From an archaeon GW2011_AR10 (GTDB lineage: Archaea > Iainarchaeota > Iainarchaeia > Iainarchaeales > GW2011-AR10), in NCBI GenBank assembly GCA_000830275.1, contig CP010424.1:60001-92000 (forward strand): 32,000 nucleotides of DNA, in the 5' to 3' direction. The position numbers were made by a program, and so were the translations under genes. This document shows positions 15,360 to 23,673 of the stretch, piece by piece; positions within the stretch are counted from its first letter, which is position 1; each line of letters opens with the position of its first letter. The notes below the pieces were generated by a model. That model had not been told where the DNA came from. It ran no database searches and saw only the letters and a program-made list of their open reading frames with translations.

Positions 15360-15905
15360 TTATTCGCGCCATGCCTTGAAAACAAGCAGTTCCTCAAAGA
15401 AAAGCTTTTTTCTTCCCACAATTCTGAAGCGCATTTTTTGCTTCTCAAGCTTTGCTTCGGTTTCCTTGACTCCATTCAAAGAGCTCTGCAGAAAAAAACA
15501 CTTTCCTTTGCCCTGCAAATGTTTTTTGAATTCCGCAAGAAACCTGTCAAGGACTTCTCTCCCGTTTTTTCCTCCATCAATGTCAGTAAGCTTAATGCCC
15601 TCGGATGGAACATAAGGCGGGTTAAATATTATTGCATCAAATTTTTCCTTCACTTTCTTGAACAAGTCGCTTTCCCTGAACTCAATTTTTTCCAGCACCC
15701 CTGCTCTGGCAGCGTTTTCCGCTGCTTTTTCAAGTGCCTTGCTGCTAATGTCAACAGCTATTACTTTTGCACCCATTGAAGCAGCTTTAATTGCCTGAAT
15801 GCCTGAGCCGGTGCCAATGTCCAGGACAAGTTGCTTCGGTTTTACTTCAACGCATTCAAGAAGCAGGAAAGAGTCTTCTCTGGGAGAATAAACGGTTTCT
15901 TGCAT
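15360..15905 (-). CDS. HemK/PrmC-family N5-glutamine methyltransferase (archaeal Mtq2-like)
   Basis: SAM motif I VLDIGTGSGI and catalytic IFNPPYVP, in 181 aa. Confidence 0.85.
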   Translation of the reverse strand: MQETVYSPREDSFLLLECVEVKPKQLVLDIGTGSGIQAIKAASMGAKVIAVDISSKALEKAAENAARAGVLEKIEFRESDLFKKVKEKFDAIIFNPPYVPSEGIKLTDIDGGKNGREVLDRFLAEFKKHLQGKGKCFFLQSSLNGVKETEAKLEKQKMRFRIVGRKKLFFEELLVFKAWRE

Positions 15906-17087
15906 TTAAGCGCCTTGCGTTTCCCCAATTTTCTGGCATGGCTCTATTTCTGGCAATTCAAGGCAGATAGCATCATCAATTGTTTGAATCGGCACATTGT
16001 ACTTGCATTCAACCAGTGCAGTGCCAATAACCCTGATGCCGTATTCTGATGCTCTTTGAAGGCTTGTTTTTTTGATATCTTCAACGAAATTAAAGCAAGT
16101 TGCAATAGTTCCTTCACTTAAGCCGGCCCTGCTTGCAGCCCTTTCAACTTCTTCTTTTGCCAATGGTTTCCCGAAGTGCGGTGAGCTATTGCATGATACA
16201 ATCTCCAAGTTGCTGAAGTTTTGCTCCGAACCATCAGTGTCACAGTAAATTGAGAGCAGTTCATTGTGGAATTCACTGTATTTTCCTTCCGCGTTAGAGC
16301 AAACAAAGTAATCAATCAAGTAGTCTCTTGCCTCGGTGTTTGCGTCAGGAAAAAGGGTGCTGGTTGATGATGGAAGGTACTCAAAGCTTAAGGAAATAAA
16401 ATCGTTGAAGTCTCTTTCAATGCCCCTCTCAATCGGGCTCTGCTTTATGCTCAACTCGTTGAAGGGATCGTCAAACAAAATTATTTCAGCTATGCCGTTT
16501 AATGAATTGCAGTCGGTTTCAGATTGGGGGGCCAAAAACATGCGGGAATAAATTTTTGAGTTGTCAAGGTTTACTTCTGGAACAACAAAGTAACCGTTAA
16601 CCACTGCGAATGCTTTCTTTAGTGAGCTGGACGTTTCATTGTATGCTTCCATGTCTTCAACCGGCACCAGCGCAGTGGGGGAAACCTGTACAAAAAAGTT
16701 TGCCACCAGCTCTTTGCCTTTCGGGGAACTCATTTCGATTCTCTCAACCTCGAAAGGAATCCCTTTTGCGTCAAAAACATCCAGTATTGTGTTGTGGTTC
16801 CTGCAGAAAACGCACTCGTTGGAGTAAAGAAGCTTTACTCTTACAATCCCTTCCTTCCCTCCGTTTCCATTTGAGCCGTTTGGGGGGCTGTCAGAGTCAA
16901 GCAATAGAAAAACAGCGTAGCTTCCTACAACCGCGAGAACGACAAGCAAAACCACAAGGTAAGCCGGAATGCCTTTCCCTGTTTTCTCTGCCTTTTTTTC
17001 CTCTTTTCCTGTGCCAATAGTTTCTCTCACGGCTTCTTTTTTTGGTTCAGTTTTTTTTATGGGTTTTCTTTCAGCCACTTCCCGCAC
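15906..17087 (-). CDS. Membrane-anchored extracytoplasmic protein with a thioredoxin/glutaredoxin-like CxxC (hypothetical)
   Basis: A Lys/Glu-rich N-terminus is followed by one TM (IPAYLVVLLVVLAVVGSYAVFLLL), then ECVFCRNH and further Cys. The start is GTG. Its stop abuts the start of the methyltransferase gene. Confidence 0.5.
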   Translation of the reverse strand: MREVAERKPIKKTEPKKEAVRETIGTGKEEKKAEKTGKGIPAYLVVLLVVLAVVGSYAVFLLLDSDSPPNGSNGNGGKEGIVRVKLLYSNECVFCRNHNTILDVFDAKGIPFEVERIEMSSPKGKELVANFFVQVSPTALVPVEDMEAYNETSSSLKKAFAVVNGYFVVPEVNLDNSKIYSRMFLAPQSETDCNSLNGIAEIILFDDPFNELSIKQSPIERGIERDFNDFISLSFEYLPSSTSTLFPDANTEARDYLIDYFVCSNAEGKYSEFHNELLSIYCDTDGSEQNFSNLEIVSCNSSPHFGKPLAKEEVERAASRAGLSEGTIATCFNFVEDIKKTSLQRASEYGIRVIGTALVECKYNVPIQTIDDAICLELPEIEPCQKIGETQGA

Positions 17088-17213
17088 CTTTCCACTGCCT
17101 GTTTTCCGGATTATTATCTGCTTTTGCTCGGAAGCCTTTAAAAACCCTGCCTTAAGAACTGGTTTTTACCTAAAAAATTAAAAAATGCTCCCAAGAAATA
17201 TGTGTAGGTCGCA

Positions 17214-17735
17214 ATGGCATTGGAAACTGTTTTTTTGCTTGTTCTAGTGGTTGCATTAGCCCTTGGAAATGCCCTGCTTTCATTTGTGGGGAGGAACGAG
17301 AACAAGGGGGTTTCCACTCAACAGGGGTTTATCACGGCTGCAATTCCTTTGGAGGCAGTGAGGCTTCAGCAGCTCGACACAGCAGTAAAGGTTTTATCCA
17401 ACAAGGTTGACATGGCGCATTCAAGAATTTCGTCCCTTGAAGGCGCGGTTAAAAAAAGCAGGCCAGTCGACTTCCATAAAAGCGTTGCGGAAAAACTCCA
17501 CAGGTTTGACAATTTCAGGGCAAACACCGAGGTTGAACTGAAGGGTTTAAGGGAAGCCCTGGTTGGGCTCAAGGAAAAACATTTAACCTTTAAATCCAAA
17601 AAGTTGCGGCGCGAATCCAAAGCGCTTTCATCAGAGCAGATGCACAAAATCATTTACCGCTCCTCCAAGAAAACCAAAGGCAAGCAATTAAGCAGCGCCA
17701 GGATTTCAAAGAAAAAAACCAAATATAGCAAATGA
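17214..17735 (+). CDS. Membrane-anchored coiled-coil protein (hypothetical)
   Basis: It has an N-terminal TM and a heptad-like central region with a Lys-rich tail. Its stop codon (17733-17735) lies inside the first arm of the twin-hairpin element. Confidence 0.5.
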   Translation: MALETVFLLVLVVALALGNALLSFVGRNENKGVSTQQGFITAAIPLEAVRLQQLDTAVKVLSNKVDMAHSRISSLEGAVKKSRPVDFHKSVAEKLHRFDNFRANTEVELKGLREALVGLKEKHLTFKSKKLRRESKALSSEQMHKIIYRSSKKTKGKQLSSARISKKKTKYSK

Positions 17736-17814
17736 CAAAATATTTGAACAAATAATGTCATTTGCTATCTATCAGGCGACAATAAATGTTCAAAAATTAA
17801 TGTCGCCTGCTATA
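17724..17814 (+). repeat. Twin-hairpin element, copy A
   Basis: Hairpin 1 is TAGCAAATGACA (17726-17737) / TGTCATTTGCTA (17756-17767) with an 18-nt loop. Hairpin 2 is CAGGCGACA (17773-17781) / TGTCGCCTG (17801-17809) with a 19-nt loop. The termini are TATAGCA...TGCTATA. Confidence 0.9.
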
Positions 17815-17849
17815 GTAAAAGAAGAAATGATTGTTTTTTCAGTGATCTA

Positions 17850-18401
17850 ATGCGTTCAGAAATGAAAATTGAGTGCCCTGTTTGCAGGGAAAACTCCGGG
17901 CTGTTCCAAGTTACTGAAAACATTCCGCACTTCGGGCAAACGCTTCTTTCAAGCTTTTACTGCAAGCACTGCGGTTACCGCTTCTCTGATGTCATCACCA
18001 CTGAAATCAAGCAGGGAGCAGAGTTCAAGGCAGAGGTTAGAAGCGCAGCCGACCTTAACACCCGCGTTGTAAAGAGCTCCACCGCGTTTGTGGAAATTTC
18101 CAGGCCAGAAATAAGCGTTCAGCCTGGCCCTGCTTCAATTGGGGTAATAACAAACATTGAAGGCTTGCTTGAAGCCATGATCGGGCCAACAAAAAGCGTT
18201 GCGTTTGAAGGTGGAGAAAAAATAAAAAAACTCGCTGAAATAAAACTCAAGCAGTTAATGGAAGCCAAAGAGGGAAAAATTCCTTTCAGGGTTAAATTGT
18301 CTGACCCATTTGGCAACAGTGCACTGATTGGAAAAAACGTCAAGAAAAGGTTTCTCAGCAAAAAAGAGATAAGGAAACTTGAAGAAAAGCTCGGCTTCTA
18401 G
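17850..18401 (+). CDS. ZPR1-type zinc-finger protein (archaeal ZPR1 homologue)
   Basis: CPVC...(24 aa)...CKHCGYRF zinc ribbon followed by the ZPR1 A-domain-like region, in 183 aa. The start is ATG 17850 or 17862. Confidence 0.8.
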   Translation: MRSEMKIECPVCRENSGLFQVTENIPHFGQTLLSSFYCKHCGYRFSDVITTEIKQGAEFKAEVRSAADLNTRVVKSSTAFVEISRPEISVQPGPASIGVITNIEGLLEAMIGPTKSVAFEGGEKIKKLAEIKLKQLMEAKEGKIPFRVKLSDPFGNSALIGKNVKKRFLSKKEIRKLEEKLGF

Positions 18402-19075
18402 TGCTTTTTCCAGCTTTTTCTCTGTTCTTTGTCCCCTGAAATGTTCCTCAGGTTTTTTGAAACAATGCTTGCAGCAGAAATAGCTGGCTCCAAGTCATCA
18501 CCTTTAACAATAAACTCGATTCCCTTCTCTTTTGTTTTCAACCCGCTGCCGTCAACTCTGACCGGTGCCTTCACGCCAAGCTCCTTAAACAGCGAGGCAA
18601 AGCTGTCCACTGCCTTTGCCTGGATTTGGTCAAGAGTCATTGTTCGCCTTAACTCGTCCAAAAAAAGCGCATTAAAAGAAATGCTGGCCTGCGCTAAAGA
18701 GTTTTTTGTAGCCAAACCGTATTTCTGGGAAATGTCTTTTGTTTTCTTGCTGTCGCGGAGGCCCCTCAACGAATTAGTTTCCCCTAATACCCCTGATACA
18801 ACCAAAGGCCCTGAGAATTCCCCTCTTCCTGTTTCATCTATGCCCAAAACAAGTTCTTTTCCCAGTTCAAGCTTTTCCATGATTTGGCCTCGGACTTTTT
18901 CAGCGTTGTTTCCCTGCACTACAAGCTTTCCTGTCCTGTAAAGCGTGACAGTGCATTTTTCTGTCTTCCACCTTGCTTCCTCGGAAGGGCTCGTAGTCTG
19001 GGCCTTCTCCATGCTTTCAAGAGCCTTTAACACTTTTGCTTTCTCGCTTTCCCTTAAGGAAATTATTTCCTGCAC
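18398..19075 (-). CDS. RNase HII-fold ribonuclease with an RNase HIII-type N-terminal domain
   Basis: Catalytic pattern GIDETGRGE ... RDSKK ... VRVDGSG ... AISAASIVSK. The N-terminal ~70 aa with TVTLYRTGKLVVQGNNAE resembles the RNase HIII N-domain (YxSGKxxxQG). Confidence 0.65.
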   Translation of the reverse strand: MQEIISLRESEKAKVLKALESMEKAQTTSPSEEARWKTEKCTVTLYRTGKLVVQGNNAEKVRGQIMEKLELGKELVLGIDETGRGEFSGPLVVSGVLGETNSLRGLRDSKKTKDISQKYGLATKNSLAQASISFNALFLDELRRTMTLDQIQAKAVDSFASLFKELGVKAPVRVDGSGLKTKEKGIEFIVKGDDLEPAISAASIVSKNLRNISGDKEQRKSWKKH

Positions 19076-19156
19076 TAAAAAATTAGTGAAAACTACAATA
19101 AAATAGTTCTCTTTTGGCTTAAGGTTGACTTAAGGAAAAGAGGGGCTTAAAAAGGC

Positions 19157-19390
19157 TTGCTTTTTAAGTTGTTTTGGGGTGAGCCAGTGGTTAACTCGGA
19201 CAAGGTAAGGGATGATGTTTTGAAGACAATAAAGGCAAGTGGCGTTGAGCCAAAATACGTTTTCTTGGTTTTCAAGGACCAAAACAACTTAACCTATGTT
19301 TCTTCTACGCAAAACGTGGAAGTGCACACAGTGCTCGGAATGATTGAAAGAGCAAAATATAACTTGCTGACTGAGGTTGGCAAAAAATAG
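19157..19390 (+). CDS. Hypothetical small protein (77 aa)
   Basis: ORF only, with a TTG start. Confidence 0.3.
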   Translation: MLFKLFWGEPVVNSDKVRDDVLKTIKASGVEPKYVFLVFKDQNNLTYVSSTQNVEVHTVLGMIERAKYNLLTEVGKK

Positions 19391-19425
19391 TTTGCATTAC
19401 AAATAAAAACACTTTTGCGTGTTCA

Positions 19426-20199
19426 TTGAAGGGGAACGACTTGAAAGCACACAGCATCCTGTTGGCCTGCCTGCTTGTTTTGTTTGCGTCATTTGCTTTT
19501 GCTCAAAGCGCGTACGATGAGCCTGACGAGCCAGTAAACCAGCCTAGTGGCAATACTCCGCCAGCTACTTCAAACCCCCGCCCTGCCAACTCCCAACCTG
19601 TTGCAGAAATAGTTGATGATAATGTGGATATAAGCAGGGAAACAGTTGCTCCAGCAGAGGAAACCGATGAAAACATTGAAGGCAATGAACTAAATTCTGG
19701 AACCGTATTGGAGGAGCTTAAAACGGAAACCGAACCCCAAAGCGATGAGAACCTGTTTTTTCCATTAGCGATTCTAAGCGGCTTCAGGTTTGAAGACTTT
19801 TCGTGGGACAAAATCAGGGTTAACCCCCAGATAATCGTTTTGATGCTCGGCGTTTTTTTAACCGCCATATTTGTTGTAATCGTTGCAGTGCTGGTTTTTT
19901 TTGCAAAAATCGGTGTTCTTCCAAAGATGAAAGCCGGCTTAAGCAATTTTTCTTTTCCAACAAAAGATTCTTCAAGCTTTTCTTCTCCAATATTGGGGAA
20001 AGATGCTGTAATTGAAGCCAAAGAAGTGAAGCCAGCTCTGAAGGCAAAGCAAGCAGAGGAAAAAGCGCTTCAACCATCGTTGCCTGAACAGCAGCCAAAA
20101 AAAATTGATTCAATGCCAGAGGAAAAAACCGGAGCAAAACCCTCAGAAAAACAGGAAAGAAAAAATTGGTTGGATGGCCTGATTGGTTTAAGGGAGTGA
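19426..20199 (+). CDS. Secreted or membrane protein with signal peptide, acidic Pro-rich region and central TM (hypothetical)
   Basis: The signal-like N-terminus is HSILLACLLVLFASFAFAQS. The TM is IIVLMLGVFLTAIFVVIVAVLVFF. The tails are low-complexity. Confidence 0.5.
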   Translation: MKGNDLKAHSILLACLLVLFASFAFAQSAYDEPDEPVNQPSGNTPPATSNPRPANSQPVAEIVDDNVDISRETVAPAEETDENIEGNELNSGTVLEELKTETEPQSDENLFFPLAILSGFRFEDFSWDKIRVNPQIIVLMLGVFLTAIFVVIVAVLVFFAKIGVLPKMKAGLSNFSFPTKDSSSFSSPILGKDAVIEAKEVKPALKAKQAEEKALQPSLPEQQPKKIDSMPEEKTGAKPSEKQERKNWLDGLIGLRE

Positions 20200-20205
20200 T
20201 GACTT

Positions 20206-20478
20206 GTGCCTTTACTAGAAATAATTGCTGCAATCGGTTTGTTTGTAATTGCACTTGTAATAGTCGGGTTTTTGTTCCGTTACTCTAACAATATTCTGAT
20301 AAAAAAAATCAATGCTCTCAAAGAAAGGCAGTTCGAGTTGGAGAAAATGGACAAAATGCTTTCCGATAGGATAAAGCGCTTGGAGAACAGGTTCGAGCCA
20401 AAAAAAGGTGTTGCTGCCCAGCCAGCCAAAGAAGAAAAGCAGAAGCCTGCCATTGAACTGCATGCGAAAGCAAAATAG
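20206..20478 (+). CDS. Small N-terminally anchored coiled-coil protein (hypothetical)
   Basis: The TM is IIAAIGLFVIALVIVGFLF. The SD-like GGGAGTGATGA lies upstream of the GTG start. Confidence 0.45.
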   Translation: MPLLEIIAAIGLFVIALVIVGFLFRYSNNILIKKINALKERQFELEKMDKMLSDRIKRLENRFEPKKGVAAQPAKEEKQKPAIELHAKAK

Positions 20479-20484
20479 TCTGTT

Positions 20485-21033
20485 TTACTTTCTTCTAAAT
20501 CTTGGCATCCGGCTCTTTAATGAATCTTTTCCAATTTTTTTTCTTAATGAACTCATTCCTTTTTCGTAATCTTCTCTTACCTCATGCCATGCCCAAAAGC
20601 TTTCCCCAACTTTCCTGATTTTTGCTCCGCGTTTCCTCAGCTGCTCAATTCTTGCTTCCCTGCTTCCAATACTGGAAGTGTACTTTACTGTTGGAAAAAC
20701 ATTTTTGAGTTCTTTTTTTACAAAGTATTCTAGGTGTTCTGCAATTCCCCGCCCTGAAAAAGCTGCCTCCGCTTTTGGTGATTTAGAGAAAGGGCAGTAG
20801 TCACTCCACAATGCCTCTTTCCCATTGTCATAAATGCTGAGCTTCATCCAACCAAGCTTTTTGCCAATCATTTTGGATGCATTAATTCTTTCCCTTATTT
20901 CCCTGTTGGAAATGAATGTTTTGGACCTTGTTCCCTCTCTTATGAAAAATTCTGCGAGCAGATACGGCCTGCCAGTTCCCTTTGCCTTTCCTGTTCTGTA
21001 CTTAATCATTATTCCCGGAACTTTTTGAACCAT
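20485..21033 (-). CDS. Hypothetical basic protein (182 aa)
   Basis: ORF with protein-like composition and no recognised motif. Confidence 0.45.
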   Translation of the reverse strand: MVQKVPGIMIKYRTGKAKGTGRPYLLAEFFIREGTRSKTFISNREIRERINASKMIGKKLGWMKLSIYDNGKEALWSDYCPFSKSPKAEAAFSGRGIAEHLEYFVKKELKNVFPTVKYTSSIGSREARIEQLRKRGAKIRKVGESFWAWHEVREDYEKGMSSLRKKIGKDSLKSRMPRFRRK

Positions 21034-21071
21034 AAAAAACCAAGTAATCCAATTATTTTAATTGTTTTGGT

Positions 21072-21794
21072 TTAAGAAAAGAACGCAATATAAGCAAAAA
21101 GAATGTATAGAACTATCAAAATTACTCCAACAATCGTGCCTTTTCCAGAGAACCTGTTTTTTGAGGAGATTTTAATGAACCAGTAAAGCTCCCCTGCGAG
21201 CACGAGGGCTGTAAGCGCAAGAAGAAGGTAACCAGCAAGATTCATTAGGGTTGGCGGGTTTATTAGGATGAAGTGGAAGACCGAGAAGAGGAAAGCAAAG
21301 TAAACCAATCTGTGAATTGCCTTCCATTTGGCAAAGCCGAGCTTTTGAACCGCCCAGTCAGTTGATGTTAGTGCCATGAGAAAAAAAATCGGATACGCAA
21401 GGGCGCTGAAAACAAGCGGATTCTGGAATGGGTCAAGAACCGAGTACATTAGTGCAAGGTTGAAATTGTAAATCAGGTTGGTTGCGGCACTAATGTGAAC
21501 TACTATGAATGCAAAGCCTGCCACGCCTAAACTCCTGCGCACATGCCAGTATTTGGCTAGTGCTGGCCGGAACTTGAAAACAATGCTGGTTAAAAGGGAG
21601 GCAGAGATGAATGTTGCAGCAGAAAAACCGAGGCTTCGCACAATTGAAAGCTCGAATTTCCCTGGAGAAGCAAAATAAAACTGGTAAGCGAACTCTGCAA
21701 GCCAAAAAAGCAGTGAAAAAACAAGAAAAGCAAAAACAAACTTCCAGTTCTTCCTTGCGCCCTCAAAAAGCTTTGGCATTAAAAAATTAGTCAA
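21072..21794 (-). CDS. Ferric-reductase-like transmembrane domain protein (MsrQ/YedZ-like)
   Basis: It has six hydrophobic segments and conserved-looking His residues in TM helices (RRSLGVAGFAFIVVHI; AIHRLVYFAFLFSVFHF), as in di-haem YedZ-type proteins. Confidence 0.5.
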   Translation of the reverse strand: MTNFLMPKLFEGARKNWKFVFAFLVFSLLFWLAEFAYQFYFASPGKFELSIVRSLGFSAATFISASLLTSIVFKFRPALAKYWHVRRSLGVAGFAFIVVHISAATNLIYNFNLALMYSVLDPFQNPLVFSALAYPIFFLMALTSTDWAVQKLGFAKWKAIHRLVYFAFLFSVFHFILINPPTLMNLAGYLLLALTALVLAGELYWFIKISSKNRFSGKGTIVGVILIVLYILFAYIAFFS

Positions 21795-21817
21795 TAATAC
21801 TTTAAAATTCTTGTGTG

Positions 21818-23107
21818 TCAGATTTCTCGCAGGTAACCCCAGTTGTGCAGCTTGTCGCTGTCTTCATACCATCTGTCTCCAATATCGGTTCTATAGTACA
21901 TGTTTGGGATGGTTATGTTCTTTATCCTGCTATATACTTGTTTTTGTGCTTGCTTCATTGTCTGGCCTGTTCCGCATACAATTAGTACAACTCCTGAGGT
22001 GCCAGTAACCACCCATTCTTCGTTTACAAGCTTAACGTCCTCAATGTGCACGCCTTCAGTGGGTTTCTTAAAGAAAATCACTGAGTCCTTTGACTTAACC
22101 CTGAATGTTTCCTTGTCGTTGAACGGGAAAGGCGGCACAACAATTCTTAATCCAATTTGGAAACCGCTTTTCACTCTGAGCTTTGGTTTTCCGCCGCGGG
22201 CAAGCTCAAACAAGAATTCCCCGATTGGTATTAGCATTCCTTCTTGCTGAATGCTAATTGTGGGATACCCAAAGCGGGCAGTGAACTCCAGCGGGGCAAT
22301 GCCGTTGCCGTTCACAATGCAGTTCAAGTCAATGTATCCAACGTAGCCTTCTTCTTTTAGTTTTGGCTCCATTTTTTTTAGTGTCTGGTTAAACAATTTG
22401 TTCTCGTTGCTCCAGAACATTGCTGTTCCCATCTCGCCTGTGGATGGCCCCAGGTTTCCTGGAAAAAGCTTTTTGTGCTCGAAGTTCACGTTGATTGGGT
22501 AAATGAATTCGGTTCCGTTGAAGAATGCCCCTACTGCCACTTCAACTCCTACGACTCTTTTCTGGAGAGTGAATATTGGGATTTTTTTTGCCCACGCTTT
22601 CTGGTAGTCTCCCAGCACTTGGATTACATCCCTTCCATCTTCTTCTTCCCCAATAAAAAGTAGGCCCTTTATGTTTTGTGCCAAACCGCTTGGCTTTATC
22701 ACGTACCTGTCCGGGTGTTCTTTCACAAACTTAATGGCTTCGTCAAACGAGCTAAAATTCCAGTAAGGAATGATTGGGATGCCGTGCTTTTTCATTTCCT
22801 CTTGGCCGAATGCCCTGTCATCTTCAAGCATGTCACTGTAAGGGGTTCCGCCGATGACTGCTTTCCCTTTTTCGCGGAGCTTTTTTGCTTTCGCTCCCTG
22901 CCCTAAGACATCATCAAATATGATTACGTCGGCCCAGTTAACCTCGTTTTCCCAGCTATCAACCATCTGCACGAAGCCTTCTCCAACGTCTTTTTCTTCT
23001 GGTTCCTTGATATAGTATTTGACGTTGTGGCCTTCCTTTACTACTTGCCAGCAAATGTCCCCTATCAGGCCGTCAATTGAAATAAATAGGAAATTTTTTG
23101 GTTCCAT
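21818..23107 (-). CDS. ATP-grasp enzyme, phosphoribosylamine-glycine ligase (PurD)-like
   Basis: PurD-like order of elements: N-domain, B-domain RYVIKPSGLAQNIKG, FEHKKLFPGNLGPSTGEMG (compare DHKR..GD.GPNTGGMG), IDLNCIV...PLEFTARFGYP (compare LEFN.RFGDPE), and a C-domain with VTGTSGVVL.V.G.G.T...A. It is divergent (GYPT replaces GDPE). Confidence 0.6.
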   Translation of the reverse strand: MEPKNFLFISIDGLIGDICWQVVKEGHNVKYYIKEPEEKDVGEGFVQMVDSWENEVNWADVIIFDDVLGQGAKAKKLREKGKAVIGGTPYSDMLEDDRAFGQEEMKKHGIPIIPYWNFSSFDEAIKFVKEHPDRYVIKPSGLAQNIKGLLFIGEEEDGRDVIQVLGDYQKAWAKKIPIFTLQKRVVGVEVAVGAFFNGTEFIYPINVNFEHKKLFPGNLGPSTGEMGTAMFWSNENKLFNQTLKKMEPKLKEEGYVGYIDLNCIVNGNGIAPLEFTARFGYPTISIQQEGMLIPIGEFLFELARGGKPKLRVKSGFQIGLRIVVPPFPFNDKETFRVKSKDSVIFFKKPTEGVHIEDVKLVNEEWVVTGTSGVVLIVCGTGQTMKQAQKQVYSRIKNITIPNMYYRTDIGDRWYEDSDKLHNWGYLREI

Positions 23108-23296
23108 CTAAGAAAATAATATGTTCTCATTTTTTATTTTTTTTGTTAAGGCCTAGCAGGGATGTTTTGCTGGGCTGTCACCGAAAAAAGCATGAAAAGC
23201 TATTGGTTAACTCCTGATTATAACTTTTTCCTTGCATATCCTAAAACTTATAATACTATATCCATCACAATAATCTTGGTGTTGGTTGTGCACAAG

Positions 23297-23485
23297 ATGT
23301 GTCCAAGGTGCGGAGTAGTTTTTGAGGTTAAATCTGACCCTGTTTTCTGCTCTGAAAAATGCAAGAGGCTGTTCAGCGAATCAAGCCTGGGTTATCTTAA
23401 GGGCAGGCCTTCCAGCGGCTTCTCTGGCTCAAGGCCAGCAAGAGATGGTAATACAGAAGTAACTAGGCCAAAGAGAACTAATTAA
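23297..23485 (+). CDS. Small zinc-ribbon protein (62 aa; the maximal ORF starts at 23162)
   Basis: MCPRCGVVFEVKSDPVFCSEKCKRLF has a CxxC...CxxxC pattern. The TATA-like AAAACTTATAATAC lies about 45 nt upstream. The longer N-terminal extension looks non-coding. Confidence 0.4.
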   Translation: MCPRCGVVFEVKSDPVFCSEKCKRLFSESSLGYLKGRPSSGFSGSRPARDGNTEVTRPKRTN

Positions 23486-23494
23486 TGTACTGGC

Positions 23495-23673
23495 CCGATT
23501 GCGTACTGGCACTCCGCAACACATCAAGCCATTTTATTTTACTCAATGGCTTATAAACATTAATTGGCTCAGAGTTGAGTTGACCCGATTGCGTACGGGT
23601 ACTCCGCATACCTCGAGGTATTTCACTTCGTTCAACACCTCATAAATATATTCTGGCTCAGAGTTGAGTTGAC
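23495..23673 (+). repeat. Two tandem ~90-nt units (23495-23584, 23585-23673), plus a degenerate third start up to about 23697
   Basis: Each unit has a conserved 5' module CCGATTGCGTAC(T/G)GG(C/T)ACTCCGCA and a conserved 3' module TGGCTCAGAGTTGAGTTGAC. The core is a variable hairpin: AAGCCATT/AATGGCTT in unit 1, GAGGT/ACCTC in unit 2. Confidence 0.9.

Noticed and set aside
21040-21070. Hairpin AAACCAA-(22-nt AT loop)-TTGGTTT between two minus-strand genes, considered as a third member of the twin-hairpin family.
   Set aside because: It lacks the invariant GACA/TGTC, the conserved loop sequence and the TATAGCA termini. It is probably an ordinary intergenic hairpin or promoter region.
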